A stretch of DNA of 64,000 nucleotides from Terrimicrobiaceae bacterium (GCA_041752695.1 JBGSVZ010000009.1:64001-128000), one strand, 5' to 3'; positions 1-9,993 are shown, counted from the stretch's first letter. The notes: a model not told the origin generated them from the letters alone. Numbers and translations: made by a program.

Positions 1-603
1 CTCGGCGGCGTTGGGACCGGCTTCAGCTTCATGGGCATCAAGTCCCAAGGCAAACGGATCCTCCTGCTTTTCGACGTTTCTTCCAGTGTGACCAACAAGG
101 CCGCGAAGAGCGGGGTTTCCCTGAAGAAGATTCAGGAAGAGACCGTGGCGCTGCTCAATATGCTGCCCATCAGCTCCCGCTTCGGGATCATCCAGTTCAC
201 ACAGAACTACAAGGCCTTCAACAAAGAGCTCCTGCCCGCCACCGATCAAAACCGCGACGCCGCGAAAAAGTGGATCGAAGAAGAATGGGTCGACACCGGA
301 ATGATGTCGGCGTCGAGCAAAGTCACCAGCAACGCCCGTGGCCTCGTCGGCGTCTTCGAACTGGCCGCCAAGATGCAGCCGGACGTGATTTTCCTCATCT
401 CCGACGGCAGCTTCCAATGGCGGGCCACCGGAAGCCTTTCCGACATCCCGTGGGAAGACGTGAAAAAGATCGTCAAAGGCGACCTCCAGGCGGGCGGCGA
501 ATGCAAACTCAACTTCATTGGCTTCGAGATGAAGCAGGTCGACCGCTCCGAAATGGGCTCCATCGCACGCTCCAGCGGCGGCAAACTCCGCGAGATTAAA
601 TAG
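1..603 (+). CDS. von Willebrand factor A (vWA) domain protein, 5'-truncated by window edge
   Basis: Frame is open from base 1 (LGGVGTGFSFMG...). MIDAS-like LLLFDVSSS and downstream IFLISDG motifs; ends ...SSGGKLREIK*. Confidence 0.75.
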   Translation, partial: LGGVGTGFSFMGIKSQGKRILLLFDVSSSVTNKAAKSGVSLKKIQEETVALLNMLPISSRFGIIQFTQNYKAFNKELLPATDQNRDAAKKWIEEEWVDTGMMSASSKVTSNARGLVGVFELAAKMQPDVIFLISDGSFQWRATGSLSDIPWEDVKKIVKGDLQAGGECKLNFIGFEMKQVDRSEMGSIARSSGGKLREIK

Positions 604-628
604 ATATCAAGGAGAGGGCACATTGAGA

Positions 629-708
629 TGGAGCGACGAACTCCGTCTCGTCCGCCTCTTTCCCAAGACTCGCTCACGCGGAGTGCGAAGCGGAGGCCGT
701 CCCACCCA
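629..708. repeat. degenerate GGAG-tagged REP-like palindromic doublet
   Basis: TGGAG-CGACGAACTCCGTCTCGTCC left arm; degenerate inverted right arm ...GGAGGCCGTCCCACCCA; intergenic between convergent genes. Confidence 0.4.
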
Positions 709-740
709 AGAGGCTGGAAGCTCTCCAAAAAGTCTACAGA

Positions 741-792
741 TGGAGGGCGGCAGGCCCTTGCCGCCTGGGATGCGAGCGCCCGCATCCCTCCA
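741..792. repeat. GGAG-tagged REP-like doublet
   Basis: Inverted ends TGGAGGG...CCCTCCA; each arm forms its own hairpin (GGCGGCA/TGCCGCC and GGATGCG/CGCATCC). Confidence 0.65.
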
Positions 793-847
793 GTTTTGCG
801 TTTTCGGATGGCCGCTGCATCACGGAAAGCATACTGCCCGCCCTACG

Positions 848-1270
848 CTATCGTTTTTCCCAGGGATTCAAGAGGGTGACGCCGGTGTGAACAAAGTCCG
901 CCGTGTTGCGCGTGACCAGAATCATCCCATGCACCAGCGCGGTCGACGCAATCAGCCCGTCTCGAAAGGGTTTCGGATCCGGGACATGCAGGGCCGCGCT
1001 CCGAACCGCCACGCGATCATCCACCACGAGGATGCGATCCTGAAAAGCGAGGCGAACATTGCCCTGCAGCCAGGCCCGCAAGATAGCGCCCTTGCGGGCG
1101 TCACGCCGTTCGGCCAGCAAGACTCCGATCTCCAATTCCTGAAGGGTAATCACAGAAATATACAAAGAGGACGCATCCACGCCATCGGCCCATTTGCGGA
1201 CCTGCCGATCCGCTTTACCACTCCGAATTTTCCGGAGTTCGGAAACGACATTCGTATCCAGTAAAAACAT
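848..1270 (-). CDS. vapC: type II TA toxin, PIN domain (VapC family)
   Basis: MFLLDTNVVSE start, DGLIASTAL, LVTRNTADF PIN motifs; 140 aa; start overlaps the antitoxin stop. Confidence 0.9.
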   Translation of the reverse strand: MFLLDTNVVSELRKIRSGKADRQVRKWADGVDASSLYISVITLQELEIGVLLAERRDARKGAILRAWLQGNVRLAFQDRILVVDDRVAVRSAALHVPDPKPFRDGLIASTALVHGMILVTRNTADFVHTGVTLLNPWEKR

Positions 1271-1524
1271 CAGTCCAGCTCCACCGACCGGGCAAGTTCC
1301 CGGGAGAGCGGAACCTCGATCTTGATGTCCTCCGCCCCAGGCATCGCCAGCAAATCGGCAATACTCCGGGTTTTCCCCAAAACTTTCCGGTAGTCCTGAA
1401 TGGACAGAAGCACATGGGCGGGTTTGCCCCGGTCCGTGATAATCACCGGCCCGGTCAGCGCAGCCTTCTTCGCCCGGCTGGTGTCCTGATTAAACGCGCG
1501 GCTGGTCAGCGTGGTGATCGGCAT
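1270..1524 (-). CDS. type II TA antitoxin, Phd/YefM family
   Basis: TSRAFNQDTSRAKKAA...GPVIITDRGKPAHVLLS is the Phd/YefM pattern; directly upstream of the PIN toxin. Confidence 0.88.
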   Translation of the reverse strand: MPITTLTSRAFNQDTSRAKKAALTGPVIITDRGKPAHVLLSIQDYRKVLGKTRSIADLLAMPGAEDIKIEVPLSRELARSVELD

Positions 1525-1541
1525 GTAGCCACATTGCTACA
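1524..1541. promoter_or_regulatory. probable antitoxin autoregulatory operator
   Basis: Perfect inverted repeat TGTAGC-N6-GCTACA abutting the antitoxin ATG. Confidence 0.6.
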
Positions 1542-1611
1542 CAATGAAGCCCTTCGCAACCCGGAAGTGTAAAGGGAAGACCGTTGCGCGCCCTTTTCGC
1601 GGGCAGCCGCC

Positions 1612-2574
1612 CTACAATCCAAGAAGGAAATTAAACGCCTTGTCCTGAAAGCCGGGCAGGCCTTCGTGGCCGAAGTCGGGGTAGATGACCGCGTCTTTTT
1701 TTCCCGAGATGTTGTTATAGACGGCAAACTGGGTGGAGGGCGGACAGATGTTGTCCATCAGAGTGATGGCCAGGAGGCACTCGGCGTTGATGCGGGGCGC
1801 GAGGTTTTTGACGTCGATGTAACCGAGTCGGGAAAAAATTTCCTCCTCGCGTTCGTGGAGGGGATCGAAGTGGCGGAAGAAGGTTTTCAATTCCGCGTAG
1901 GCATCCTTGGCGAGATCCATTTCCCAGACCCGTTTGTAATCGGAGAGAAACGGGAAAACCGAGACGCAGCGTTTGATCTGCGGGACGAGGGAGGCGCAGG
2001 CGATGGCCAAGGCACCCCCTTGCGAACCCCCCATGCAACCCACCCGTTCGGCATCGACTTCGTCGAAGGACAAAACGACGCGGGCAAGCTGGGCGGTGTC
2101 GAGAAAGATGCTACGAAAGAGAAGCTTTTCGGGGGCGTCGTTGAGGCCGCGGATGAAGTGGCCCTGGTGGGTGTTGCCTTTGACCGGGGCGTTGTCTTCA
2201 CTGCGTCCACCCTGACCGCGGCAGTCGAGGGCGGCAACGGCGAGGCCTTCGCCCACGAAGTTCAGTTTGTCCTGCCAGTCACCGCTGTTGCCGGTGTAGC
2301 CGTGGAATTGCAGGACGGCTGGGTGCGGCTTTGCGGCGTTTTTTGGCCGGAGGTATTTAGCGTAGATGCGGGCTCCCCCGACACCGGTGAACCAAAGGTC
2401 GAAAGCCTCGGCGTTGCGGGGCTGGATGGCCTTGCTGGGCTCGAGGACGGGCGCCGGATCGGTGGCATCCAGTTCGGCGAGAGCGGCTTCCCAGTAGGCG
2501 TCAAAATTCCCGGGCCGGGGTGAGATGCCGTAATATTCGCGGAGTTCGTGGAGGGGCTTGTCGAGGGCGGGCAT
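1612..2574 (-). CDS. acetylxylan esterase / cephalosporin-C deacetylase (CE7)
   Basis: FHGY, RGQGG, GGSQGG nucleophile elbow, DNICPPSTQFA and GHE motifs of CE7 alpha/beta hydrolases. Confidence 0.88.
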   Translation of the reverse strand: MPALDKPLHELREYYGISPRPGNFDAYWEAALAELDATDPAPVLEPSKAIQPRNAEAFDLWFTGVGGARIYAKYLRPKNAAKPHPAVLQFHGYTGNSGDWQDKLNFVGEGLAVAALDCRGQGGRSEDNAPVKGNTHQGHFIRGLNDAPEKLLFRSIFLDTAQLARVVLSFDEVDAERVGCMGGSQGGALAIACASLVPQIKRCVSVFPFLSDYKRVWEMDLAKDAYAELKTFFRHFDPLHEREEEIFSRLGYIDVKNLAPRINAECLLAITLMDNICPPSTQFAVYNNISGKKDAVIYPDFGHEGLPGFQDKAFNFLLGL

Positions 2575-2642
2575 GGGAAGAAATTGCGGAAATTCTGAAA
2601 GGCTGAAACGCTACAGGGAAAAGGCGGAAGGCCGCCGCCGGG

Positions 2643-4094
2643 TCACTTCAGGGCGGCGAGGATCGGTTGTGGGAAGATTCCAAAAACGACAATGGCGGCG
2701 CAAAAAAGGAAGATCAGCGCGGTGCTGAACGAGGAGATCGTGATGGGAGCGGCGTCGTCGGGAGCAGGCTGCCAATACATGGCCATGACGACTTTCAGAT
2801 AATAATAAAAGCCGCAGGCCACGGTGATGGCACCAATGCCGATGAGGACATATTGGCCGCTCTGGTAAGCCGCTTCGAAGATAAGGAATTTGCCGAGGAA
2901 CCCAACCGTGAAGGGCATGCCGGCGAGCGAGATCATGGCCATGAGCAGACCAAAGGCCAGAATCGGGGTGCGGCGGCCAAGGCCGGCGAAGTCAGCGATC
3001 TCATCGCGTCCGGTGACATTCGACACATGCACCACCACAAAGAAGGCGAGGAAGGTCATGAGCAAGTACCCACCGAGGTAGAAGGCAATGGCGGGACCCG
3101 CGTGATCGGACGAAACACTGGCCACGCCAACCAGGAGGTATCCGGCATGTGCGATGCTTGAATACGCGAGTAGGCGCTTGAGATCGTTTTGCGGCAGCGC
3201 GGCGAGGTTTCCGTAAAGGAGCGTGAGAGCGGCGAGGACGACAACCACTGCGATCACTTTATGCTCCATGCTCGGCACGACCAGGAAGGGCTGGATGACT
3301 CGGAGCAGGACGATAAAGCCGGCGGCTTTGGAAGCGACGGAAAGGAAGGCGGTCACCGGCGTCGGCGCACCCTGATAAACGTCAGGCACCCAGAATTGGA
3401 AGGGGGCGGCTGCCACTTTAAAGCCCAGGGCCACCAGCACGAGACCAAGGCCGAAAAGCACGGCCGACTGGAAGCCGATGGGAACGCGCGGAAGCACCTC
3501 CGCCACACCCGCCAGCGAAGTCTGTCCGGTAATGCCAAAAATCCAGGTGATGCCGTAAACAAGGAAACCCGTGGAAAGCGCACCAAGGATGAGATACTTG
3601 ACCCCCGCCTCCAGGCTGGCGCTGTTTCTGCGCATGCTGGCCACGAGGATGTAGAACGTGATCGTGACCAACTCCAGCGAGACGAAGATCATGATGAAAT
3701 CCGCCGCCGAAACCATCCACATCAATCCCGCACAGGCAAAGACCGGCAGGACATAAAATTCGCCAAGCCCGGCCTGCGGCGTCGCCGAGGGGACATAGCG
3801 AAGGTAAACCGGCGCATAGTCCATCGCGAGAATGATCGTGAGGGCGGTGGCCAGAAGCATGAACCGTTTGAAGAACATGCCCAGCGGGTCCATCACATAG
3901 AAGGCGGGGTTTTCCCGCAGTCCGGAGAAGTCCGAGACGAAAAACGAAGCCACAAAAACGAAGCCGAGGCCCAAAACTGCGGGCCAGCCTATGGAGCGTT
4001 TGTCCGCAGAGGGGAAAAACGCATCGGCCATCAGCAGGAAGATGCCGATGACAACGACCAAGACTTCGAGAGTGATGGAAGGAATCTCGATCAT
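2643..4094 (-). CDS. nuoN: NADH-quinone oxidoreductase subunit N
   Basis: EAGVKYLILGA, FKVAAAPFQFWVPDVYQGAPTP, KRLLAYSSIAHAGY; ATG at 4094 overlaps the nuoM stop (ATGA). Confidence 0.93.
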   Translation of the reverse strand: MIEIPSITLEVLVVVIGIFLLMADAFFPSADKRSIGWPAVLGLGFVFVASFFVSDFSGLRENPAFYVMDPLGMFFKRFMLLATALTIILAMDYAPVYLRYVPSATPQAGLGEFYVLPVFACAGLMWMVSAADFIMIFVSLELVTITFYILVASMRRNSASLEAGVKYLILGALSTGFLVYGITWIFGITGQTSLAGVAEVLPRVPIGFQSAVLFGLGLVLVALGFKVAAAPFQFWVPDVYQGAPTPVTAFLSVASKAAGFIVLLRVIQPFLVVPSMEHKVIAVVVVLAALTLLYGNLAALPQNDLKRLLAYSSIAHAGYLLVGVASVSSDHAGPAIAFYLGGYLLMTFLAFFVVVHVSNVTGRDEIADFAGLGRRTPILAFGLLMAMISLAGMPFTVGFLGKFLIFEAAYQSGQYVLIGIGAITVACGFYYYLKVVMAMYWQPAPDDAAPITISSFSTALIFLFCAAIVVFGIFPQPILAALK

Positions 4095-5557
4095 GGCCGG
4101 ATCAACGCCGGAGCGACGTAGTTGATAAGAAGTTGCGGAAAGAATCCGAAGAGCAGGAGCAGCACAAGGAGGCCCACCACGCAAAGACGCGGCAACGTGG
4201 CAATTTCGGCCAGCGATTTCCAGCGGTCACTGATCGGACCCATAAAAATGCGGCGATAGGCGCGAAGCATGTAAACGGCGGAAATCACCACGCCCCAAAC
4301 CGCGATGACGGTGGCAATTTGGAAATTGTTAAACCCGCTGCCCACCGGCGCTCCGGCGGAGAAGGCCCCGAAGAACACCATCAGTTCGCCGGCGAAGTTG
4401 GCAAAGCCAGGCAGACCAATGGAGGCCATGGCGGCGAACCCGAAGAGGAGGCCAAAGGAGGGCATCACCTTAGCCAGACCGCCGAGTTCGGAAAATTCCA
4501 GCGTGCCGGTGCGTTCACGAAGTTCGCCGGACAGGGCAAAAAGCGCCGCGACCGAAAGCCCGTGCGCGACCAACATCAGGGCGGCCCCCGTGAGGCCGAG
4601 GGTCGTCCAGGAAAGGATACCGAGGAAGATGTACCCCATGTGCATCACGCTCGAATAACCAAGCATGAGATCCAGCTTGCGCTGCGAGATGGTGGCGAGG
4701 CCGATGTACAAGATATTGCCCAGAAGGAGGACCAGAAGAAGGGTGTTAAACTGCTCCGCGACATGTGGCGGAAAGACGGGAGTGACGAGGCGCAGGATGC
4801 CGTAGAGGCCGAACTTTTTCAACACGCCCGCATGCAGCATCGCGGCCGGAGCGGGGGCCGACGCGTAAGCCTGGGGGGCCCAGGTGTGAAAGGGAAAGAG
4901 CGAAACAAGAATGCCGAAGCCGAAGAAAAGCAGGAGATACACCACGCCCGACGGGTGCATTGCGCCGGATTGGGCCATTTCCTGGATGGCGCGCATGTCG
5001 AACGAGCGGGCCCCCACGGGCATGCTCAGGTAAAGGCCGATCAAGCCAATCAGCAGAATGAAACTCCCGAAGGCGAGATAGATGGTGATCTTCCACGCGG
5101 CCGCCCGGCGGTCCCCGGAACCCCAGATCCCGATGAGCAGGAAGGTCGGGATGAGCGCCAACTCATGGAACATATAAAAGAAGAACGCGTCCACCGAGAC
5201 AAAGGCGCCGATGGCCCCGGCCGAAATGAAGAGGAGCGAAGCGTAGAACCAATTAGCGTTGGTCTGCGGGCTGCGGGCGACACACACGGCTGCCAGCGTG
5301 ACCGCGGTGGCGAGCAGGAGCATGGCGATGCTAAGGCCGTCGGCTCCGAGAGTAAACGCGATGCCGAGTTCCGGCAGCACAGGATAGGTGCTGAGGAATT
5401 GGAAACCCGCCTCCGGTTTGCACATGCCAAAGAAGGCAATGGCCCCGAGAAAATTCAGGACGGCGGCAAAAATGGCGGTCTTGCGCGGGTTTGGTCCGGT
5501 GATGACGAAGGCCGCACCAACGATGGGAATGAGAATCAGGCCAATCAGTGGGCTCAT
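4091..5557 (-). CDS. nuoM: NADH-quinone oxidoreductase subunit M
   Basis: Multi-TM; FPFHTWAP, KKFGLYG, YSSVMHMGY, GLPGFANFAGE; lies between nuoL and nuoN. Confidence 0.93.
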   Translation of the reverse strand: MSPLIGLILIPIVGAAFVITGPNPRKTAIFAAVLNFLGAIAFFGMCKPEAGFQFLSTYPVLPELGIAFTLGADGLSIAMLLLATAVTLAAVCVARSPQTNANWFYASLLFISAGAIGAFVSVDAFFFYMFHELALIPTFLLIGIWGSGDRRAAAWKITIYLAFGSFILLIGLIGLYLSMPVGARSFDMRAIQEMAQSGAMHPSGVVYLLLFFGFGILVSLFPFHTWAPQAYASAPAPAAMLHAGVLKKFGLYGILRLVTPVFPPHVAEQFNTLLLVLLLGNILYIGLATISQRKLDLMLGYSSVMHMGYIFLGILSWTTLGLTGAALMLVAHGLSVAALFALSGELRERTGTLEFSELGGLAKVMPSFGLLFGFAAMASIGLPGFANFAGELMVFFGAFSAGAPVGSGFNNFQIATVIAVWGVVISAVYMLRAYRRIFMGPISDRWKSLAEIATLPRLCVVGLLVLLLLFGFFPQLLINYVAPALIRP

Positions 5558-7395
5558 CGGGCGATCAGAAAGTAGAGGAGGCCGACCACGCCGGCTCCAA
5601 AGAAGAAGGCATAGGCCTGAATGTTGCCAAATTGCAGAAACCGCAGCACATAACCCGAGCCCCAGGCAAGGAAACTCGTCATGCGCACCATGATCAGATC
5701 AACCACCCAGCGGTCGGTCCAGCCGCTTAGCCAGGCGAGGCCGCCCTGGATGTTCTTCACGCCCCAGTCATACACATTGTCGATGTAAAAGCGGTTGGAA
5801 AAGAGCGGGATGGAGAGAGGGTCTTTTTCCGCCTTGCCATAGAGCATCCAGGCGAGGCCAACGCCACCCAGCAGCATCGCCAGCAGGACCCAGTGAGCGA
5901 GATGGCTGGGGTGCGCCGGTTCGGAGGCTGCAAAGAAGATGTGCTCGACGAACGGCCAGCCCGCGCCCAGCGCCGCCAGCGCGAGGAGCATCAGGGGAAC
6001 CGTCATGACGAGCGGCGACTCGTGGGCGTGTTTGGCGTGATCACTGCGGGGCGGACCGAGGAAAACGACAAAGATCAAACGGAACGTGTAGAAGGCCGTC
6101 AGGCCCGCCGCCGCCACTGACAGCCAGCCGAGGATGGGCGATTTTTCCAACGCCCAGAGAATGATCAAATCTTTGCTGAAAAAGCCGCTGAAGCCGATCG
6201 GACCAAAACCCGCTCCACTCAGCGCCAGAGCGCCCATCACCATGCAGAGGAAGGTGATCGGGGTTTTGTTTTTCAGCGCGCCCATTTTCCAGATGTCCTG
6301 TTCATGGTGCATGGCCATGATGACCGAGCCGGAGCAGAGGAAGAGCAGGCACTTAAAGAAGGCGTGCGTGAAAAGATGGAACATCGGCACGTCCGCCGAG
6401 TTGGCCACACCGACACCCATCACCATGTAGCCAAGCTGCGAGATGGTCGAGTAGGCCAGGATGCGTTTGATGTCGTTTTGCTGGATGGCCATCAGGCCCG
6501 CCACAAAGAGCGTAATGCCACCGACCCAGGCGATCACTTCCAGAGCCACCGCGGAGGCGACGATCACCGGGAAAATCCGGGCCAGCATATAGACTCCCGC
6601 CGCCACCATCGTCGCCGCGTGCAGCAGCGAAGAAACCGGCGTGGGGCCTTCCATCGAATTCGGCAGCCAGACGTGCAGGGGCAGTTGGGCAGATTTGCCA
6701 ATCGTGCCGCAGAAAATGAGCACGCAGGCGATAGCGAAGTAAATACCGTGGGCTTTGGAGAGCGCCTCGACTTCCGGGGAAAGAACGCCAGCCGGGGCGA
6801 GTTCCGAGAACATCAACGTGCCCGTGGCGAACCAGAGCATGAGGATGCCGAGCATGAAACCGAAGTCGCCGATGCGGTTGACCAGAAAAGCCTGTTTGGA
6901 AGCGTCCGCCGCGGAGTCCTTCGTGTAATAGTGGCCAATGAGAATATAAGAACTCACGCCCACCAACTCCCAGAAGATGAAAATCATCACGAAGTTGTCG
7001 GCCAGTACGATGCCAAGCATTGAGAAGAGGAAAAGCGACAAACCGGCGAAATACCGCCAGTAGCCCTCTTCTTTTTCCATGTAGCCGATGGAGTAGATGA
7101 AAACGAGCGGCGCGATGGTGTTCACCACCACCAGCATGACCTGGCTGAGTTTATCGATGGTCAGTCCGATCGGAGCGCGGAAACCCTCCGCCCCGGGCAG
7201 GACGATCCAGTCGAAGCCAATTTGGCCGGCGGGCGGCTGGGTGAAGACCCACCAACTCAACACCCCGCAAAGCAACGCCGCGCCAATGGCAAGGCCAGCG
7301 CTGAGCTGTTTGGAGAACTTGCCGAAAAAAAGAATCAGCGCCGCCGCGACGAGCGGAGCAAACAAAATGATCCAACAGGCAGTCGCGGCGTCCAT
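5554..7395 (-). CDS. nuoL: NADH-quinone oxidoreductase subunit L
   Basis: NRIGDFG, GKSAQLPLHVWLP, MEGPTPVSSLLHAATMVAAG, HLFTHAFFK. Confidence 0.95.
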   Translation of the reverse strand: MDAATACWIILFAPLVAAALILFFGKFSKQLSAGLAIGAALLCGVLSWWVFTQPPAGQIGFDWIVLPGAEGFRAPIGLTIDKLSQVMLVVVNTIAPLVFIYSIGYMEKEEGYWRYFAGLSLFLFSMLGIVLADNFVMIFIFWELVGVSSYILIGHYYTKDSAADASKQAFLVNRIGDFGFMLGILMLWFATGTLMFSELAPAGVLSPEVEALSKAHGIYFAIACVLIFCGTIGKSAQLPLHVWLPNSMEGPTPVSSLLHAATMVAAGVYMLARIFPVIVASAVALEVIAWVGGITLFVAGLMAIQQNDIKRILAYSTISQLGYMVMGVGVANSADVPMFHLFTHAFFKCLLFLCSGSVIMAMHHEQDIWKMGALKNKTPITFLCMVMGALALSGAGFGPIGFSGFFSKDLIILWALEKSPILGWLSVAAAGLTAFYTFRLIFVVFLGPPRSDHAKHAHESPLVMTVPLMLLALAALGAGWPFVEHIFFAASEPAHPSHLAHWVLLAMLLGGVGLAWMLYGKAEKDPLSIPLFSNRFYIDNVYDWGVKNIQGGLAWLSGWTDRWVVDLIMVRMTSFLAWGSGYVLRFLQFGNIQAYAFFFGAGVVGLLYFLIAR

Positions 7396-7751
7396 CAGAA
7401 ATGCAGGCTATCGAGATCCTCGACGTGAGTGGTCTGTTTTGCGCGGAAGAGGGCCACAATGATGGCCAAGCCCACCGCCACCTCGGCGGCAGCGACGGTG
7501 ATGATGAAAAACACCAACATCTGACCATTATAATTGGGCAGCAAGGCCGCCCCGCCTTCCCAAGCCTCAAACACCTTCTGGGAAGTGGGAAGGAAGCGCG
7601 AGAAGGCCACCAGCGAGAGGTTCGCCGCGCTGAGCATAAGCTCCAGACACATGAAAATGATGATGATGTTGCGCCGCAGCAGGACACCGGCCAGGCCAAT
7701 GGCGAAAAGCAGCCCGCTGACCGCCAGATAATGAGCAAGCGTCGGGACCAT
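7395..7751 (-). CDS. nuoK: NADH-quinone oxidoreductase subunit K
   Basis: [27 protein letters not shown] at 7751 overlaps the nuoJ stop (TAATG). Confidence 0.92.
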   Translation of the reverse strand: MVPTLAHYLAVSGLLFAIGLAGVLLRRNIIIIFMCLELMLSAANLSLVAFSRFLPTSQKVFEAWEGGAALLPNYNGQMLVFFIITVAAAEVAVGLAIIVALFRAKQTTHVEDLDSLHF

Positions 7752-8254
7752 TATTTCAGCTCCTTCTTGCTGAGCAGCACGACGCCCACGGTTGCCACCA
7801 AGAGGAGGACGCCCACGATTTGGAACGGCAGTGTGTAGCTTTTGAAAAGGGTCACACCCACGCCCACCACGTCCGTCACAGCCGTCGCGGCAATCGGGGT
7901 TTTCGGAAAATCGTATCCGGGCTTGGTGAAAATCACCTTGGCCAGCAGGCCGAGAAATCCGACGAGCACCAGTCCACCGCCAGCCCACGCCGCAATGTTC
8001 AGGCGGCGGGTTTTTTCATCCCGCAAATTGAGCAGCATGATGATGAAAAGGAAAAGCACCATCACGGCGCCCGCGTATACCAACACCTGGACGACCCCGA
8101 TGAAAAACGCGTCCAGCGTGACAAACAACGCCGCCAGTCCCACGAAGGACAGTACCAGGCTGAGCGCGCTGGAGATCGGGTTGCGCAGAAACACCACAGC
8201 CAGCGCGAACACCAGCATCAGGGCGGAAAAAATCCAAAAAAGGGCAAGCTCCAT
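7751..8254 (-). CDS. nuoJ: NADH-quinone oxidoreductase subunit J
   Basis: [33 protein letters not shown]. Confidence 0.92.
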   Translation of the reverse strand: MELALFWIFSALMLVFALAVVFLRNPISSALSLVLSFVGLAALFVTLDAFFIGVVQVLVYAGAVMVLFLFIIMLLNLRDEKTRRLNIAAWAGGGLVLVGFLGLLAKVIFTKPGYDFPKTPIAATAVTDVVGVGVTLFKSYTLPFQIVGVLLLVATVGVVLLSKKELK

Positions 8255-8294
8255 GGTCAGGCGCAGAGGTTGTACCAACGTGCGGGACGGGCGG

Positions 8295-8825
8295 CTACTT
8301 TTTTTCGTTCCACTTGTAAACCAGCCCCTCGACGACTCCGCCCATCTCGTAAAGCTTTTCCTTGTTGTGCTTCATCTCGGCCCGGGAGTATCCCGTGATC
8401 GAGTATTCTTTTTTCAAGAAAATGGCCTGTTCGGGGCAGACTTCCTCGCAGAGCCCGCAATAAATGCAGCGGATCATGTCGATCTCGAACTCACGGGGCC
8501 GTTTTTCCACCTTGGCCCAGCGGTCCTCGGCGGGAATCTCCATCGGCTGGATGGTGATGGCGCGGGGAGGACAGATGAATTCACACAACTGGCAGGCCAC
8601 GCAGCGCTCCTTGCCGTGCTCGTCCGTCACCAAGGCCGGGGCCCCGCGATAGTAGGACGGGAGCTGGGAATCCCACTTTTCCTCGGGATACTGCATCGTC
8701 ACCTTCGTTTTCCCCAAAAGCAGGTTTTTCAGGTGCTTGAAGGTGATCGCCAAGCCGGCGACGATCGCCGGGAGATACATTTTCTCCCGGAAATTGAGTT
8801 TCGGACGTTGGACTACGAGCGCCAT
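8295..8825 (-). CDS. nuoI: NADH-quinone oxidoreductase subunit I
   Basis: TMQYPEE plus two CxxCxxCxxxCP 4Fe-4S motifs. Confidence 0.94.
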   Translation of the reverse strand: MALVVQRPKLNFREKMYLPAIVAGLAITFKHLKNLLLGKTKVTMQYPEEKWDSQLPSYYRGAPALVTDEHGKERCVACQLCEFICPPRAITIQPMEIPAEDRWAKVEKRPREFEIDMIRCIYCGLCEEVCPEQAIFLKKEYSITGYSRAEMKHNKEKLYEMGGVVEGLVYKWNEKK

Positions 8826-8919
8826 GTGGTAACCATCGAACTAAAGGAGAATTGGCGCGGCAGGCAAGCTCTTATCCGGGAGAATGTGTCTCAAAACTTC
8901 CGGCCCGCCTACGCCTGGG

Positions 8920-9993
8920 TCATTGTGCCCCCGGGGGACCCAGCCACCGCTGTGCCTGACGCGACCAGTCCGGGGCATTGATTATGTCGATGATCGCTAC
9001 ATTCACGGCCTGCAGATGCGGAAAGTCCGGCCGGCACGCCATGGCGAACGTCACATGCATGGCCGGAAACGCAGCCACCCGCAGGGTCCCGGGCGTGTCC
9101 CGTCGCACGGCGTATCGCAGCGCGGCATCATTGCCCACGAACGCGGTAATTTGCCGGGACTCCATGGCGGCGAGCCCATCCTCCACCGTGGCGTATCCCT
9201 GCACGGGAATTCCGGCCCCTTTGAGAAAATCCTCCGCCAGCGACCCCGTCACCACCCCATTGCGGAAGGAAGCCAGGTCGTGCACGCTCGTGATCGAACG
9301 ATTGAGTTCCGCGAGCGTGATGCTCGACGCCACGGAACCGGTAAAGGCGCTCACCAGGACAATCCCCAGAAACATCCAGACGAAGGCCAACCCCCGCCCC
9401 AGCGGGGTCTGCGGGGTTTTGTCGCCATAACCCACCGTCGTCATCGTCACCGCCGCAAACCACAACGCCGACCCAAATCCATGAATCGGTCGCCCCCCGA
9501 AATGCGTCTTCTGCACCCGACGCTCAATGAGCCAGAGAAGAAGACTGAAAACAAAAAGCGTGCCCATCATCACGCCAATCACCGTCAGCAAACCCTGCAG
9601 GCTGATTCCCCTCATGGCCTGACGAAAACTGGTCAGCGGCTCCCGGCCGGGGAGAACGACGGCGGCGGAGGTGATCAAGTACGGCTGGGTGAAATCCACC
9701 AGACGCTCGCGATCCGCCGACACCCCGATCTCCCCGAGCGCCACATCGAGTTCGCCGTGGTTGAGCTTTTCAATGATCTCGTCCAGAGGCACCTCCACGT
9801 ATTCGTAAGCCAGACCGAGTTCGCCGCTCACCGCCTCCCAAAGATCCACCGACAGGCCCCGCCAGTGTCCATCATCGTCCTTCATGGCGAGGGGCGCGCG
9901 TGGAAATACCCCCACTTTTAATTTGGGAGCCGTCTCCTCCGCGGCGGCCGGAAGGACCAGGGCGAGGACCAGGAAAAACAAGGGCAGACGCAT
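8920..9993 (-). CDS. GluR0-like ligand-gated K+ channel (split solute-binding domain + 2TM pore)
   Basis: Signal peptide, SBP family-3 S1 half (GLSVDLW...VDFTQPY), TM1, pore TMTTVGYGDKTP, TM2, then S2 half. Confidence 0.85.
   Translation of the reverse strand: MRLPLFFLVLALVLPAAAEETAPKLKVGVFPRAPLAMKDDDGHWRGLSVDLWEAVSGELGLAYEYVEVPLDEIIEKLNHGELDVALGEIGVSADRERLVDFTQPYLITSAAVVLPGREPLTSFRQAMRGISLQGLLTVIGVMMGTLFVFSLLLWLIERRVQKTHFGGRPIHGFGSALWFAAVTMTTVGYGDKTPQTPLGRGLAFVWMFLGIVLVSAFTGSVASSITLAELNRSITSVHDLASFRNGVVTGSLAEDFLKGAGIPVQGYATVEDGLAAMESRQITAFVGNDAALRYAVRRDTPGTLRVAAFPAMHVTFAMACRPDFPHLQAVNVAIIDIINAPDWSRQAQRWLGPPGAQ

Noticed and set aside
623..1264. 213-aa plus-strand ORF
   Set aside because: Runs through REP hairpins and antisense to vapC.
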